The position numbers were made by a program, and so were the translations under genes. DNA of 45,968 nt from Callorhinchus milii. Its lineage: Eukaryota. This document shows, one piece after another, positions 23,106 through 34,560 of the stretch. Location: assembly GCF_018977255.1 (NCBI RefSeq), contig NW_024705423.1, positions 1 through 45,968 of the forward strand, read 5' to 3'. Each line of letters opens with the position of its first letter. The first letter of the stretch is position 1. The notes under the pieces were generated by a model that saw nothing but the letters and a program-made list of their open reading frames with translations, searched no databases and was not told the DNA's origin.

Positions 23106-24205
23106 AGTGTGTGTGTGTCCCCCCCCCCCCGGGGCTGTGTGTGTGTGCCCCCCCGGGGCTGTGTGTGTGTGCCCCCCCGGGGCTGTGTGTGTGTGTGTGT
23201 GTGTCCCCCCCCCCGGGGCTGTGTGTGTGTGTGTGTGTGTGTCCCGGGGCTGTGTGTGTGTGTGTCCCCCCCCCCCCGGGGCTGTGTGTGTGTGTGTGTC
23301 CCCCCCCCCCCCCGGGGCTGTGTGTGTGTGTGTGTGTGTGTCGGGGCTGTGTGTGTGTGTGTGTGTGTGTGTGTCCCCCCCCCCGGGGCTGGTGTGTGTG
23401 TGTGTGTGTGTGTGTCACCCCCCCCCCGGGGCTGTGTGTGTGTGTGTGTGTGTGTGTCCCCCCCCCCCCGGGGCTGTGTGTGTGTGTGTCCCCCCCCCCG
23501 GGCTGTGTGTGTGTGTGTGTGTGTCCCCCCCCCCCCCCGGGGCTGTGTGTGTGTGTGTGTGTGTCCCCCCCCCCGGGGCTGTGTGTGTGTGTGTGTGTGT
23601 CCCCCCCCCCCCCCGGGGCTGTGTGTGTGTGTGTGTGTGTCCCCCCCCCCGGGGCTGTGTGTGTGTGTGTGTGTGTGCCGGGCTGTGTGTGTGTGTGTGT
23701 GTCCCCCCCCCCCCCGGGGCTGTGTGTGTGTGTGTGTCCCCCCCCCCCCGGGGCTGTGTGTGTGTGTGTGTCCCCCCCCCCCCCCGGGGCTGTGTGTGTG
23801 TGTGTGTCCCCCCCCCCCCCGGGGCTGTGTGTGTGTGTGTGTGTCCGGGCTGTGTGTGTGTGTGTGTGTGTGTCCCCCGGGGCTGTGTGTGTGTGTGTCC
23901 CCCCCCCCCGGGGCTGTGTGTGTGTGTGTGTGTGTGTCCCCGGGGCTGTGTGTGTGTGTGTGTGTGTCCCCCGGGGCTGTGTGTGTGTGTGTGTGTGTCC
24001 CCCCCCGGGGCTGTGTGTGTGTGTGTGTGTGTCCCCCCCCGGGGCTGTGTGTGTGTGTGTGTGTCCCCCCCCCCCCGGGGCTGTGTGTGTGTGTGTGTGT
24101 GTCCCGGGGCTGTGTGTGTGTGTGTGTGTGTCCCCGGGGCTGTGTGTGTGTGTGGTGTGTCCCCGGGGCTGTGTGTGTCCCCCCCCCCCCCCGGGGCTGT
24201 GTGTT
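23106..24205. repeat. Compound minisatellite [GGGGCT(GT)n(C)n]
   Basis: Directly visible; runs up to the exon-1 donor. Confidence 0.97.
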
Positions 24206-24210
24206 GTTAC

Positions 24211-24229
24211 CTCTCTTGACGACGAACAT
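24211..24229 (-). CDS. RRM1: RRM1 coding exon 1 (MFVVKR/D)
   Basis: ATGTTCGTCGTCAAGAGAG then GTAACA donor; 19 nt; Kozak-like GCAACATGT; matches the MxVxKRDG ATP-cone start. Confidence 0.93.
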
Positions 24230-24235
24230 GTTGCC

Positions 24236-24460
24236 TGAGGGGCTGAGGGCTGAGGGTTGAGCGGCTGAGGGTTGAGGGGCTGAGGGTTTAGGGGCTGAAG
24301 GTTGAGGGGCTGAAGGTTGAGGGGCTGAGGGTTGAGGGGCTGAGGGGCTGAGGGTCTGAGGGTTGAGGGGTTGAGGGGCTGAGGGTTTAGGGGCTGAGGG
24401 TCTGAGGGTTGAGGGGTTGAGGGGCTGAGGGTTTAGGGGCTGAGGGGCTGAGGGTTGAGG
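24236..24460. repeat. (CTGAGGG/TTGAGGGG)n repeat in the presumed RRM1 5' UTR
   Basis: Directly visible between the ATG and promoter motifs. Confidence 0.93.
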
Positions 24461-24479
24461 GGTCGGAGCTGTGGCGGCA

Positions 24480-24745
24480 GTTGTGGCTCCGGAGACACTT
24501 CGCTTCGGTTTAAATAAACCCCGAACCGCCTCCCGCGGAGCGGCGGCCAATCACAGCCCGAGGGGCGGGGTCGGGGGGCGGGGCGGAGCCGAGGGGAGGG
24601 CGGGGCGGAGGGCGGGGCCGGGGGCGGAGGGGGTGTGGAGGGCGGGGCCGGGCGGAGGGGCGGAGCCGAGGGGAGGGCGGGGCCGGGGGGCGGAGGGCGG
24701 GGCCGGGGGGGCGGAGGGCGGGGCCGGGGGGGAGGGGGGGGCGCC
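24480..24745 (-). promoter_or_regulatory. RRM1 CpG-island promoter
   Basis: Cluster of GGGCGG/GGGGCGGGG GC boxes 24562-24740; GGCCAATCA (CCAAT 24547-24551); E2F-like CTCCCGC ~24530; TATTTAAA (TATA/CHR-like) 24509-24516, about 280 nt upstream of the ATG. Confidence 0.8.
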
Positions 24746-24750
24746 GTCAC

Positions 24751-25233
24751 TGTTGTTATTATTATTGTTATTGTTATTGTTATTGTTATTATTGTTGTTG
24801 TTATTGTTATTGTTATTGTTATTGTTATTATTATTGTTATTGTTATTGTTATTATTATTGTTGTTATTATTGTTATTGTTATTGTTATTGTTATTGTTAT
24901 TATTATTGTTATTGTTATTGTTATTGTTATTATTATTGTTATTGTTATTGTTGTTGTTATTATTATTGTTATTATTGTTATTATTATTGTTATTATTGTT
25001 ATTGTTATTGTTATTGTTATTATTATTGTTATTGTTATATTATTGTTATTGTTATTGTTATTGTTATTGTTATTGTTATTGTTATTATTGTTATTATTTT
25101 ATTATTATTGTTATTATTGTTATTGTTATTGTTATTATTATTATTATTGTTATTGTTATTGTTATTGTTATTGTTATTGTTATTGTTATTGTTATTGTTA
25201 TTATTATTGTTATTGTTATTGTTGTTATTGTTA
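24751..25233. repeat. (TTA/TTG)n trinucleotide microsatellite
   Basis: Directly visible. Confidence 0.98.
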
Positions 25234-25330
25234 TAGCCGCCGATGGCCCGATACCCGGTCCCTGTGCACTGCCGAGGCTAACGCGTGGAGCGAGGACACT
25301 GCCGCTCAGGAACCGAACCCGGAGCGTCCG

Positions 25331-26160
25331 GCTCACTGACTCACTCGCTCACTCGCTCACTCGCTCACTCGCTCACTCGCTCACTCGCTCACTCCTCGGT
25401 GCGCTCTCACACCGCCGCACCGCATAGCACCACACCGCACCGCTGCACCGCACCGCTGCACCGCACCGCTGCACCGCACCGCACCGCTGCACCGCACCGC
25501 TGCACCGCACCGCACCGCTGCACCACACCGCTGCACCGCACCGCACCGCTGCACCGCACCACCGCACCGCTGCACCGCACCGCTGCACCGCACCGCACCG
25601 CTGCACCACACCGCTGCACCGCACCGCACCGCTGCACCACACCGCTGCACCGCACCGCACCGCTGCACCGCACCGCTGCACCACACCGCACCACTGCACC
25701 GCACCGCTGCACCGCACCGCTGCACCGCACCGCTGCACCGCACCGCTGCACCGCACCGCACCGCTGCACCGCACCGCACCGCTGCACCGCACCGCACCGC
25801 TGCACCGCACCGCTGCACCGCACCGCTGCACCGCACCGCTGCACCGCACCGCTGCACCACACCGCACCACTGCACCGCACCGCTGCACCGCACCGCTGCA
25901 CCGCACCGCTGCACCGCACCGCTGCACCGCACCGCACCGCTGCACCGCACCGCTGCACCGCACCGCTGCACCGCACCGCTGCACCACATCGCACCACTGC
26001 ACCGCACCGCACCGCTGCACCGCACCGCTGCACCGCACCGCTGCACCACACCGCACCACTGCACCGCACCGCTGCACCGCACCGCACCACTGCGCCGCAC
26101 CGCACTGCATCGCACTGCACCAAACCGTGCCGCACCGCCACGCTGCACTGCACCGCACCG
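25331..26160. repeat. (CTCA/CTCG)n followed by CpG-rich (GCACC/GCT)n repeat
   Basis: Directly visible. Confidence 0.95.
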
Positions 26161-26317
26161 CGCCGTCCCCTGAACATGTATAAACCGTACAAGGAGACCA
26201 GCGCGTCACAGGAGCCCGAGCGTTTCAAACATCAACAGCAGCAAACAACACGAAACTCAGCTCACATTGCGCTCCGCGTCACGTCACTGAGGCGTCTCAA
26301 AGCGCTTCACCAAGATA

Positions 26318-26651
26318 TGGAGTCCTGTAGCTCAGTGGTTGGAGCACTCGCTTTGCGAGTGAGAGACCTGAGTTCAATCCCCGGGGGGTCAGGGCCAAAC
26401 CTCGGGCAAGTTTCCTTACTCCACACAGAGCCTAATAATAATCCCTCCAAAACCACAAACAATAATAAATTGGTCATTTTCAATCCACGACTGTTTGTGG
26501 GACATTGCTGTGCGCAATTGGCTGCCGCGTTCGCCCACAAATATACAGTCAATTCACTTTACAGTGTGTTCTGTGAAGCGCTTTGGGACGTCCTCCCGAT
26601 GTGAAAAGCGCTATATCAAATGCAAGGATTATTATTATTATTGTTATTATT
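26318..26651 (+). mobile_element. tRNA-derived SINE, short young subfamily
   Basis: Intact A/B boxes and tail. Confidence 0.93.
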
Positions 26652-26980
26652 TACTGCAGAAAGAAAGCGGTGTTGTGAGCGTGTACTTTTGTGTGGACAA
26701 AAGTATGTCAAAGCTCAGTTGATTTAAATTGGATGCGTTGAGGTGAGCGACTGATCAGGTGAGACAGTCACACCCACTTTGCATAATACCTCCAGTAAAT
26801 ATCACCCAACAGGTTTGGTTTCTATCGCCTCTCCCTGGAGACCACTGAAGGATCATCTTACACAGAGCTGTGCTGTGCCAGTGTGTACCTGCCCCCGAGC
26901 CTGTGCGAGAGCTCGTGCGCAGCCCAGTTCCTATCCTTCACTTGCGAATGTTAAATTGGAAACAACATAAGCCTTTCTAA

Positions 26981-27064
26981 ATGAGACTGGTTCCGGAGAA
27001 ATGGGCCACACAACTGAAGAAAACAGTCTCCAATCAGGAAACAAAGACACCCGGAGCCCGGCAG
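26981..27064 (+). CDS. Candidate first coding exon of the SLC6 transporter (MRLVPEKWATQLKKTVSNQETKTPGARQ)
   Basis: ATG to strong CAG/GTGAGG donor; 84 nt, phase 0, splices in frame to 29491; weak Kozak and no homology support. Confidence 0.45.
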
Positions 27065-27138
27065 GTGAGGTGGGCTGTGCGACTGTTTTTGTGTCGGGGC
27101 TGGAATAAGTCAGTAAAGTCTCCATGGGATTCTCATGG

Positions 27139-27960
27139 AATAATAATCCTTGCATTTGATATCGTGCCTTATCACATCTTCGAGACGTCTCACAGGAGTT
27201 ATTACCCCCGGAAAAGAGATCCGCCAATCGACTAACAACCAGGTTCCTACGTATTGCTCGGTAAACAGAGGCATGTGGGGTGAGGAAACTTGGCCAATGT
27301 TTCGCGCCCTGCCCGGGAATGGAACCCAGATCTCTCGCTTGCGAGGCGAGCGTTCTCATCCCAAAGCTACAGGACTCCACGATAAGACAGGATTGTAAGC
27401 GTCTGGTTTGAGGCTCGGGTTTAGCGCTGTAATGAAGACAATAAAAATGTAAAGAATAAAGGAAGGCCTGAGGGAGCCTGGAGCCAGTAGATTGAATATG
27501 TTAATTCTTTCTGGTTTTGCTCCCACAAGCTGCGGCTGACAGTGTCTCGTCGGTAATCTGGGTGGAGTTTCAGGGAAATGCTGTTTCTAACCTAGTGTGT
27601 CGCAAGCAGGAAGTAATATAATTCCACCAGCTGAGGAATGATGCAGATTTTCCCTCTCGATAATCCTATGCATTTGATAAGACGTCTCAAAGCTCTTCAC
27701 AGAATACACCGTAAAGTGAATTGACTGCATATTTTGTGGGCGAAACGCGGCAGCCGATTGCGCTTATCAGTGTCCCGTAAACAGTTGTGTTCTGTTCGTG
27801 GGATACCGTGTGAGCAAAAAAAGTGATCGGTTTTCTTTGGAGGAGTTAGTACCCCCGGAAAAACGATCCCCCAATTGACTAATATCGGGGTTCCTACTCA
27901 CTGCTAGGTAAACAGAGGGGTGTGGAGTAAGGAAACCTGCCCAGTGGTTCGCCCTGCCGG
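27139..27960 (-). mobile_element. Two long-subfamily SINEs (~27139-27380, ~27660-27960)
   Basis: Homology to 8678-9045 with deletions. Confidence 0.8.
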
Positions 27961-28379
27961 GAGCCTCGGGAATATTTAACATTTCTGTTCATTAGTAATC
28001 ACTTAAGGTGTGGTAAACCTGGATGCATCATCTGAAATGTTATCTAAAGAGTATTATGCTACTAGTTACTACCACACCCGTCTGACGTACAAGCCGTGAA
28101 ATGTCAGGATTTGGGTAGGGAGCGTTGGGTGCCCTTTGCAACACTGTGGGAGATGTGTACTCACACACACCACCAACAGCAAATTCCATTTGTTATAGCG
28201 CCTTTCACGTGGAGAGCACATCCCAAAGCTCAGGCGGAAGAGACTGTCGCAATGGCCAGTGTTCACCCTGCTCTTCTTATTGTCAAGCTTCTGACTGGAT
28301 AAACATTGAGAACATGTGCACAACACACATGGACAAACCCTCGTCTTAATAATAATAATAACTTTTATTTACACCGCTC

Positions 28380-28705
28380 CCCTCAAGCAGGGTTGCATCC
28401 CATCCCAGAGCACTTGACAGTGGTGGAGCATGGTGCTGGGGGGAAGGGGAGGTGACCAAAGGCACGGTCGCATAGGTGTGAACTGAAGATGGGGAAGGAA
28501 GGAATAAGGCTAGAGGAAGAGCGTTCCAGAGTTTTGGAGCATAGTGGCTGAAAGCTCGCCTGCTGATGGCGGAACGTCGCGTATGAGGGACGTGCAGGAG
28601 GCCGGAGCCAGTCGAGCAGAGGCAGCGGGTTGTAGATTGGGGGTAAACAGGTCGGAGAGGTAGGGAGGTGCGAGGGCAAGAAGGGATTTGAAAATGAGTG
28701 TGCAA
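28380..28705 (-). mobile_element. L2 3' fragment
   Basis: RAFSHYAPKLWNALP motif. Confidence 0.75.
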
Positions 28706-28814
28706 CAACCGTTAGAGATGTGTGGATTTTGATAAATATAAGGATTACATAATTATTTAGCGGTATAATTCAGGTTATATGTATGCCCTGCTTCCTAAAA
28801 TATATGTTTGAATA

Positions 28815-29393
28815 GCCGCACAAGTGAGAGGACCCAGGTTCCATTCCCGGGCAGAGTGAAACAATATTCAAGTTTCCACACACCTCCGTTTACCTAGCGG
28901 TAAGCAGGAACACACGTGTTAATTGATTGATGGATTGCTTTTCCTGGAGTAATAATCCTTTTCAAAAAATTTTTTAAAATAATAATTTGGTCAGTCAATC
29001 CCCGACTGTTTGTGGGACATTGCTGTGCACAATTGGCTGCTGCATTTCACCCAAAAAATGCAGTCGCTGCACTTTACGGTATATTCCGTGAAGCTCTTTG
29101 GGTTGTCTCGAAGACGTGATAAAGTGCTATATCAAATGCAAAGATTATTATTATTAATGTGATTATTAACATGGAAGGCACTCTATCAAATATAATGATT
29201 ATGTATTTATTTAACAATATAATGTAGTTCTTTTTGCATGTTCCTGTATGCCATGATCCTAAAGTATATTTACACAGCATTCGCCCACAAATATACAGTC
29301 AATTCACTTTACAGTGTGTTCTGTGAAGCGCTTTGGGACGTCCTCCCGACGTGAAAAGCGCTATATCAAATGCAAAGATTATTATTATTATTA
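28815..29393 (+). mobile_element. Degraded long SINE (~28815-29155) and SINE 3' fragment (~29280-29393)
   Basis: Family homology. Confidence 0.8.
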
Positions 29394-29490
29394 TGTGTTT
29401 AAACATCGTGGTGGTGGTAATACCCATCCAGGTCCTGATCTGAGATTTGTAGCGTTGTTGCTAAAGCGCCTGTCTCTCCTTTCCCCACAG

Positions 29491-29707
29491 ACTGCCGTAA
29501 ATAGCGTGACATCGGGGAGCCATGCCAGTCACCCCGAAACTTCCCAATCTGCCAATCCCTCTGGAACCTCAGCCGCACCCTCAGAGTCACTGCCCTCCCG
29601 TGGCAGCTGGGGGGGGAAGTACGAGTTTCTGCTCTCGTGTATAGGCTACTGTGTGGGATTGGGGAATGTGTGGAGATTCCCATACCTGTGTTATCGAAAT
29701 GGAGGAG
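29491..29707 (+). CDS. Sodium-dependent proline transporter-like (SLC6A7/PROT-like) exon: N-terminus and TM1
   Basis: Pyrimidine tract + CCACAG acceptor; [36 protein letters not shown] (NSS signature); G/GTAGGA donor. Confidence 0.93.
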
Positions 29708-29804
29708 GTAGGAAATGGGTAATATTGTGTGCGGGTTTGGGGCGTAGTGTGGATGGGTATCTGCGGACCCATATTCCAGTTCTGAAATGACCTTTAATAC
29801 TCTC

Positions 29805-30060
29805 TCACTCACTTTCTCGTTCACTCTCTTACTTTCTCTCATCACTCACTCACTCACTCACTCACTCACTCACTCACTCACTCACTCACTCACTCACTCA
29901 CTCACTCACTCACTTTCTCGTTCACTCTCTTACTTTCTCTCATCACTCACTCATTCACTCACTCATTCACTCACTCACTCACTCACTCACTCACTCCCTC
30001 ACTCGCTCCCTCACTCGCTCCCTCACTCGCTCCCTCTCTCATTCGTTCCCTCATTCACTT
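29805..30060. repeat. (TCAC)n microsatellite
   Basis: Directly visible. Confidence 0.95.
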
Positions 30061-30106
30061 GTCTTCCCTTGTTGAAGATTATATCTTGTTGGTGCTGTTT
30101 TCTCAG

Positions 30107-30238
30107 GTGTGTTCCTGATCCCTTACTGCATTATGATGCTGTTTACAGGGCTGCCGCTGTTCCTGATGGAGCTCAGCCTCGGGCAGTACGGTGGTTCTGG
30201 CCCAATCACTGTGTGGAAATGCTGCCCCATCCTCAAAG
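30107..30238 (+). CDS. SLC6A7-like exon: TM2 (GVFLIPYCIMMLFTGLPLFLMELSLGQY...WKCCPILK)
   Basis: CTCAG/GTAGTA, 132 nt. Confidence 0.96.
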
Positions 30239-30374
30239 GTAGTATATGGTGTCTCTGTCACATGTACAGCACCGCTCTCCTCTGGGCCAGAAGGTTTACA
30301 AAGACTCTACAACTTGGTAACAGGTCCCTTGGCTCAGTCAGTCCATGCCGGCCAACGTTTATACTCCACACGTC

Positions 30375-31307
30375 TCCCGTCATTCCTCCCTCCCTCTCTC
30401 TCTCCCTCCCTTCCATACCCTCTTACCCTCTATCCCTCACTCCCTCCCACATTCCCTCCCTCCCACACTCCTTCCCTCTCCTTCCCTCCAACATCCCTCA
30501 CACCCTCTCACACCCTCTATTTCTCCCTCCCTCTGCCTCACTCCCAACCCTCTATTCCTCACTCCCTCCCTCACCCCTATCCCTTCTTCCCACACTCTTC
30601 CTCCCTCCCACAATCCCTCCCTCACCCTCCCTTCTTCTCACACCCTCTATTCCTCCCTCCCTCACCCCTATCCCTTCTTCCCACACTCTACCTCCCTCCC
30701 ACACTCCCTCCCTCCCTCACCCTCCCTTCTTCTCACACCCTCTATTCCTCCCTCCCTCCCACACCCTCACTCCCTCCCACACCCTCCCTCGCTCCCACAT
30801 CCTCTATTCCTCTATATCCCACATCTCTCTCCTTCCAACACCCTCTATCCCTCCCTCCCACACCCTCTATCCCTCCCACATCTCCCTCCCTCACACATTC
30901 CCTCCCATACCCTCTATCCCTCCCACATCTCTCTCCCTCCCTCCCACACCCTCTATCCCTCCCTCCCACACCCTCTATCCCTCCCACATCTCCCTCCCTC
31001 ACACATTCCCTCCCACACCCTCAATCCCTCCCACATCTCTCCCTCCCTCCCACACCCTTTATCCCTCCCTCCCACACCCTCTATCCCTCCCTCCCACACC
31101 CTCTATCCCTCCCACATCTCTTACCCTCCCTCCTACACCCTTTATCCCTCCCTCCCACACCCTCTATCCCTCCCTCCCAACCATCTATCTCTCCCACATC
31201 TCCCTCCCTCACACACTCCCTCCCGCACTCTCTATCCCATCCTCCCTCCCTCACTCCCACACTCTCCCTCCCTCCTACGCCCTCTATCCCACCATCCCTC
31301 CATCCCA
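30375..31307. repeat. Pyrimidine-rich minisatellite (CCCTCTATCCCTCCCTCCCACA-like)
   Basis: Directly visible. Confidence 0.93.
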
Positions 31308-31832
31308 CTGGGAGCCAATTGTGTGCAGCAGTGTCCCAGATATAGTCATGGATCGAATGAGCACACCCACTATGCGCAATTGGCTGCCGTGTTTCATCCA
31401 CAAAATGTACAGTTAATTCACTTTACAGTGTATCCTGTGAAGCGCTTTGAGACGTCTTGAAGATGTGATAAGATGCTATGTCGAATGTAAGGATTATTAT
31501 TATTATTGTTCATTTTGGAGAGATTATTATGCCCGGAAAGCAATCTGCTAATTGTCGCTGCTATATCCTTCTTGTAGTGTGAAGACCAGAATTGGACTCC
31601 TTCAAGTCACGTCTCAAGACCCTCCTTCGATCGCACCTTCAGCAACTCTCCTAACCTCCCTGCCTTCCACCCCTCCTGATCCCATCCCCCAGCTCGGGTC
31701 CAAAACCCTGACTGTCCAACGCCTTGGGACGTCCTCCCGATGTGAAAGGCGCTGTGTAAATGTAATGTGTTGTTGTTGTTGTGTCAGACTAAAAACAAAT
31801 CACTCAGTAACATTCCATTCCTCCTCCCCCAG

Positions 31833-31981
31833 GTATTGGGATTGGGATGCTGGTGGTTTCAGCCTTGGTTTCACTTTACTACAACGTTATCATTGCCTGG
31901 ACCTTCTACTATCTGGGAATGTCTTTCCAATACCCACTGCCTTGGTCATGTGATGCTGCCGCGAATGCCCACCTCTGTCAG
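31833..31981 (+). CDS. SLC6A7-like exon: TM3 and start of EL2 (GIGIGMLVVSALVSLYYNVIIAW...PWSCDAAANAHLCQ)
   Basis: CCCAG/GTAAGG, 149 nt; YYN motif, C-x8-C. Confidence 0.96.
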
Positions 31982-31989
31982 GTAAGGAG

Positions 31990-32335
31990 TAATTTGATAC
32001 AGCGCCTTATCACGTCCTCGAGACGTCTCAAGGCGCTTCACAGAATATACTGTATCGTGAATTGACTGCATATTTTGTGGACGAAATGTGGCAGCCAATT
32101 GCGCACATCAGTGACCCACAAACAGTCGTAGATTGAGTGACCACATTATTATTATTAATTTTTTTGGAAGGGATTATTACCCCCGGAAAGCGATCCACCA
32201 ATCGATTAACAACCGGGTTCCTACTTTCCGCTAGGTAAACAGGCGATGGAGTAAGAAGGCTTGCATAAGGTTTCGCCCTCCCGGGAAACTAACCCGGGTC
32301 ATCTTGCTTGCGAGGCGAGGGCTCTAACCACTTAG
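31990..32335 (-). mobile_element. Long-subfamily SINE starting about 8 nt after an SLC6 exon donor
   Basis: Family homology. Confidence 0.85.
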
Positions 32336-32709
32336 TTGAGGATAGAGTGGTCAATGGTCACACACTGTGGGGGAGACTGTGTAAGTGTTTGAGTTCCTCA
32401 CCATGTAATAGAACCGTGGAGTCTAGTATCCTTCCACCCCTCCTGATCCCAACCCCCAGTTCAGGTCCAAATCCCTGACTGTCCAGAGCCTTGGAACGTC
32501 TTCTCAATATGAAAGGTGTTGTGTAAATGTAATCTGTTGTTGTTGGATTGTGAGTTAAAAGTCCCTACTTGGAGTTTGAATCCAGAACTTTCTGAGTTGA
32601 GTGGGGAGAGTGTGAGACTGAGTTGACACGAGTTGGGTGTCACGAGTGGGTGGAATTATTTGTGTGGTACCTGACAAACGCAAAAATGTATTTGCTTAAC
32701 TCCCAACAG

Positions 32710-32759
32710 AACCTGACCACAAACCAGACCCATCAGAGTGCCAGTGAAGTCTTCTGGAA
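32710..32759 (+). CDS. SLC6A7-like 50-nt EL2 exon (NLTTNQTHQSASEVFWN)
   Basis: AACAG/GTAAGT; phase 0 to 2 exactly bridges the flanking exons; S-x-S-E-x-F-W motif; not in the ORF track. Confidence 0.9.
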
Positions 32760-33154
32760 GTAAGTTGGATTTGTATCTTTGTATCACTGATTTACATTGA
32801 TTCTCAATATTGATTATTAGAATTCACACAAGGCTGCCTGTCTTTATCAACTGTTTGATTGCTGGATATTCTAATAGAGTGAGATCAAACTGAAACTGTT
32901 CACTTTCTGAGTAGTGATTGAAGGTATGAAATGTTTGAGGGGTTTGGACTAAAGTTGAAGGTATGTTGGGTGACTTTGCTGCTGGCAACTTGACTTCTGG
33001 TACTGATACTATAGGCTGATTGAGTAATAATCCCTTCAAAAAAACATAATACTACTGTGGTCGCTCAATCCATAACTGTGCTTTCGATCACCCTGCCTCC
33101 CCCGCTGCCCTCCAGCCTTCCCCGATCCCAACCTCCAGCTCGTGTTGTTGTTGT

Positions 33155-34560
33155 TGAGGGTCAAACAAGATGCCAAGGTTCTGGCCTGGCTTAGTAAGGT
33201 GCAGTGTCCATCCTTGGAATGGTGATGCTGTCAGCCCCTGAGGTGAGGAGGCGCTGATGGGAGCCAATCAGGAGAGTCTCGGTCTTGTTAATATTCAACT
33301 GAAGAAAGTTAGTTCTCGTCTAGGACAGAAGTGGTCCTGGAGTCAAGGGTGGAGGCAGAGACGAAGAGTTGGGTGACATCCGCATACATGTGGAAGTTGA
33401 CCCTGTGTCTGCGGTTGATGTCACCAAGAGGGAGCATATGGATGTTGAAGAGGAGGGGACCAAGGACAGAGCTCTGAGGGACGTTGCATGAGACAGTCCG
33501 GGGGCGAGAGGAGAAGCCGTTTGAGGAGATGAAGTGCAGGCGGTGTGAGAGGTACAATCTGAACCAGTCAAGGACAGAACCTTGAAAGTTGAGGTGAAGG
33601 AGAGACGGTGGAGGAGGATAGAGTGGTCAATGGTATTGAAGGCAGTGGCGAGGACGAGGAGGCAGAGGGAGCCCTGGTCGCAGATGAGCAGAATGTCATT
33701 TGTCACTTTGACCGGGACTGTTTCTGTGCTGTGGGTGACACAGAAACCCAATTAGAGGGGCTCATGAAGGGATTGACGGGAGAGGAAAGATCGAAGCTGG
33801 GAAGCAATGACTCATTTCAGAATCTTGGAGAGGAAAGGGAGGTTGGAGATGGGGGCAGTAGTTTAAGCAGGGATGGGTCCAGGGATATTTTTTTAAGGAT
33901 AGGAGAGATGATGGCCATTTTTAAAGAGGTGGGAATGGTGCCAGTGGACAGGGAGAGGTTTATGATGTCTGTGAGTAGGGGGCCAAGGAGGTGGAGCTGG
34001 GAGCTAAGAAGAGGTATAGGGATAGGGTCGAGGGAGCAGGTGGTCAGTTTCATGCAGGTTATAGTGGTGGTGAGAGAGGAGAGGGAGACAGGTTCAACCG
34101 TGTGGAGAGAGGGATGGGTGGGGGCCAGGGTAGATGGAAGGCCAGGGGCAGCTGAGCTGATCCCCTCGACTTTGGTTTTGAGGAAGTCCAGCATCTCCTC
34201 GCAGTTGGCGTTGGAGGAGAGGATGGGCGAGGAGTTAGAGGGTGGACGGTAGAGCTGGTTGGTGATGGAGAAGAGGAGCCTGGGGTTGTCCTTGGCGTCC
34301 AAGATTGTCCTGGAGTAGAATGACGATTTAATGGAGGCGAGGGTGAAGCGGTAAGATTTGATAAGGTTCAGCCAGATCTGCCAATGGACCGTTAAGTTGG
34401 ATTTGAGCCAGGAGCGCTCAGCAACACACACACATGCTTTCAGGGAGCGGAGGTGGCTGGTGTACCAGGGTGACTTTCATGAGCAGGAGATGGTTCGGGA
34501 GAGACCAAGGGCATTGAGAGTGGTGGAGAAGGAGCTATGGGGAGGAGAGTGACCGAGGAG
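33155..34560 (-). mobile_element. L2 ORF2 internal fragment
   Basis: [31 protein letters not shown]. Confidence 0.88.

Noticed and set aside
1754..24229. Viral or prokaryotic ribonucleotide reductase, or a pseudogene
   Set aside because: Twelve GT-AG exons in continuous frame with vertebrate-type layout and intact catalytic residues indicate the ordinary host gene
26318..26390. tRNA-Ala gene (also at the other SINE heads)
   Set aside because: No proper acceptor stem, and each continues into SINE body and tail
21853..26604. Long ORFs (692, 536, 439, 383, 370 aa etc.) rich in Pro, Cys-Val, His-Thr or Leu
   Set aside because: Translations of stop-free simple repeats, open in several frames and on both strands; only 24211-24229 is real coding sequence
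30239..31460. 435/384/371-aa Pro/Ser-rich extensions of the SLC6 exon
   Set aside because: Intron read-through into a pyrimidine-rich repeat past the donor at 30239
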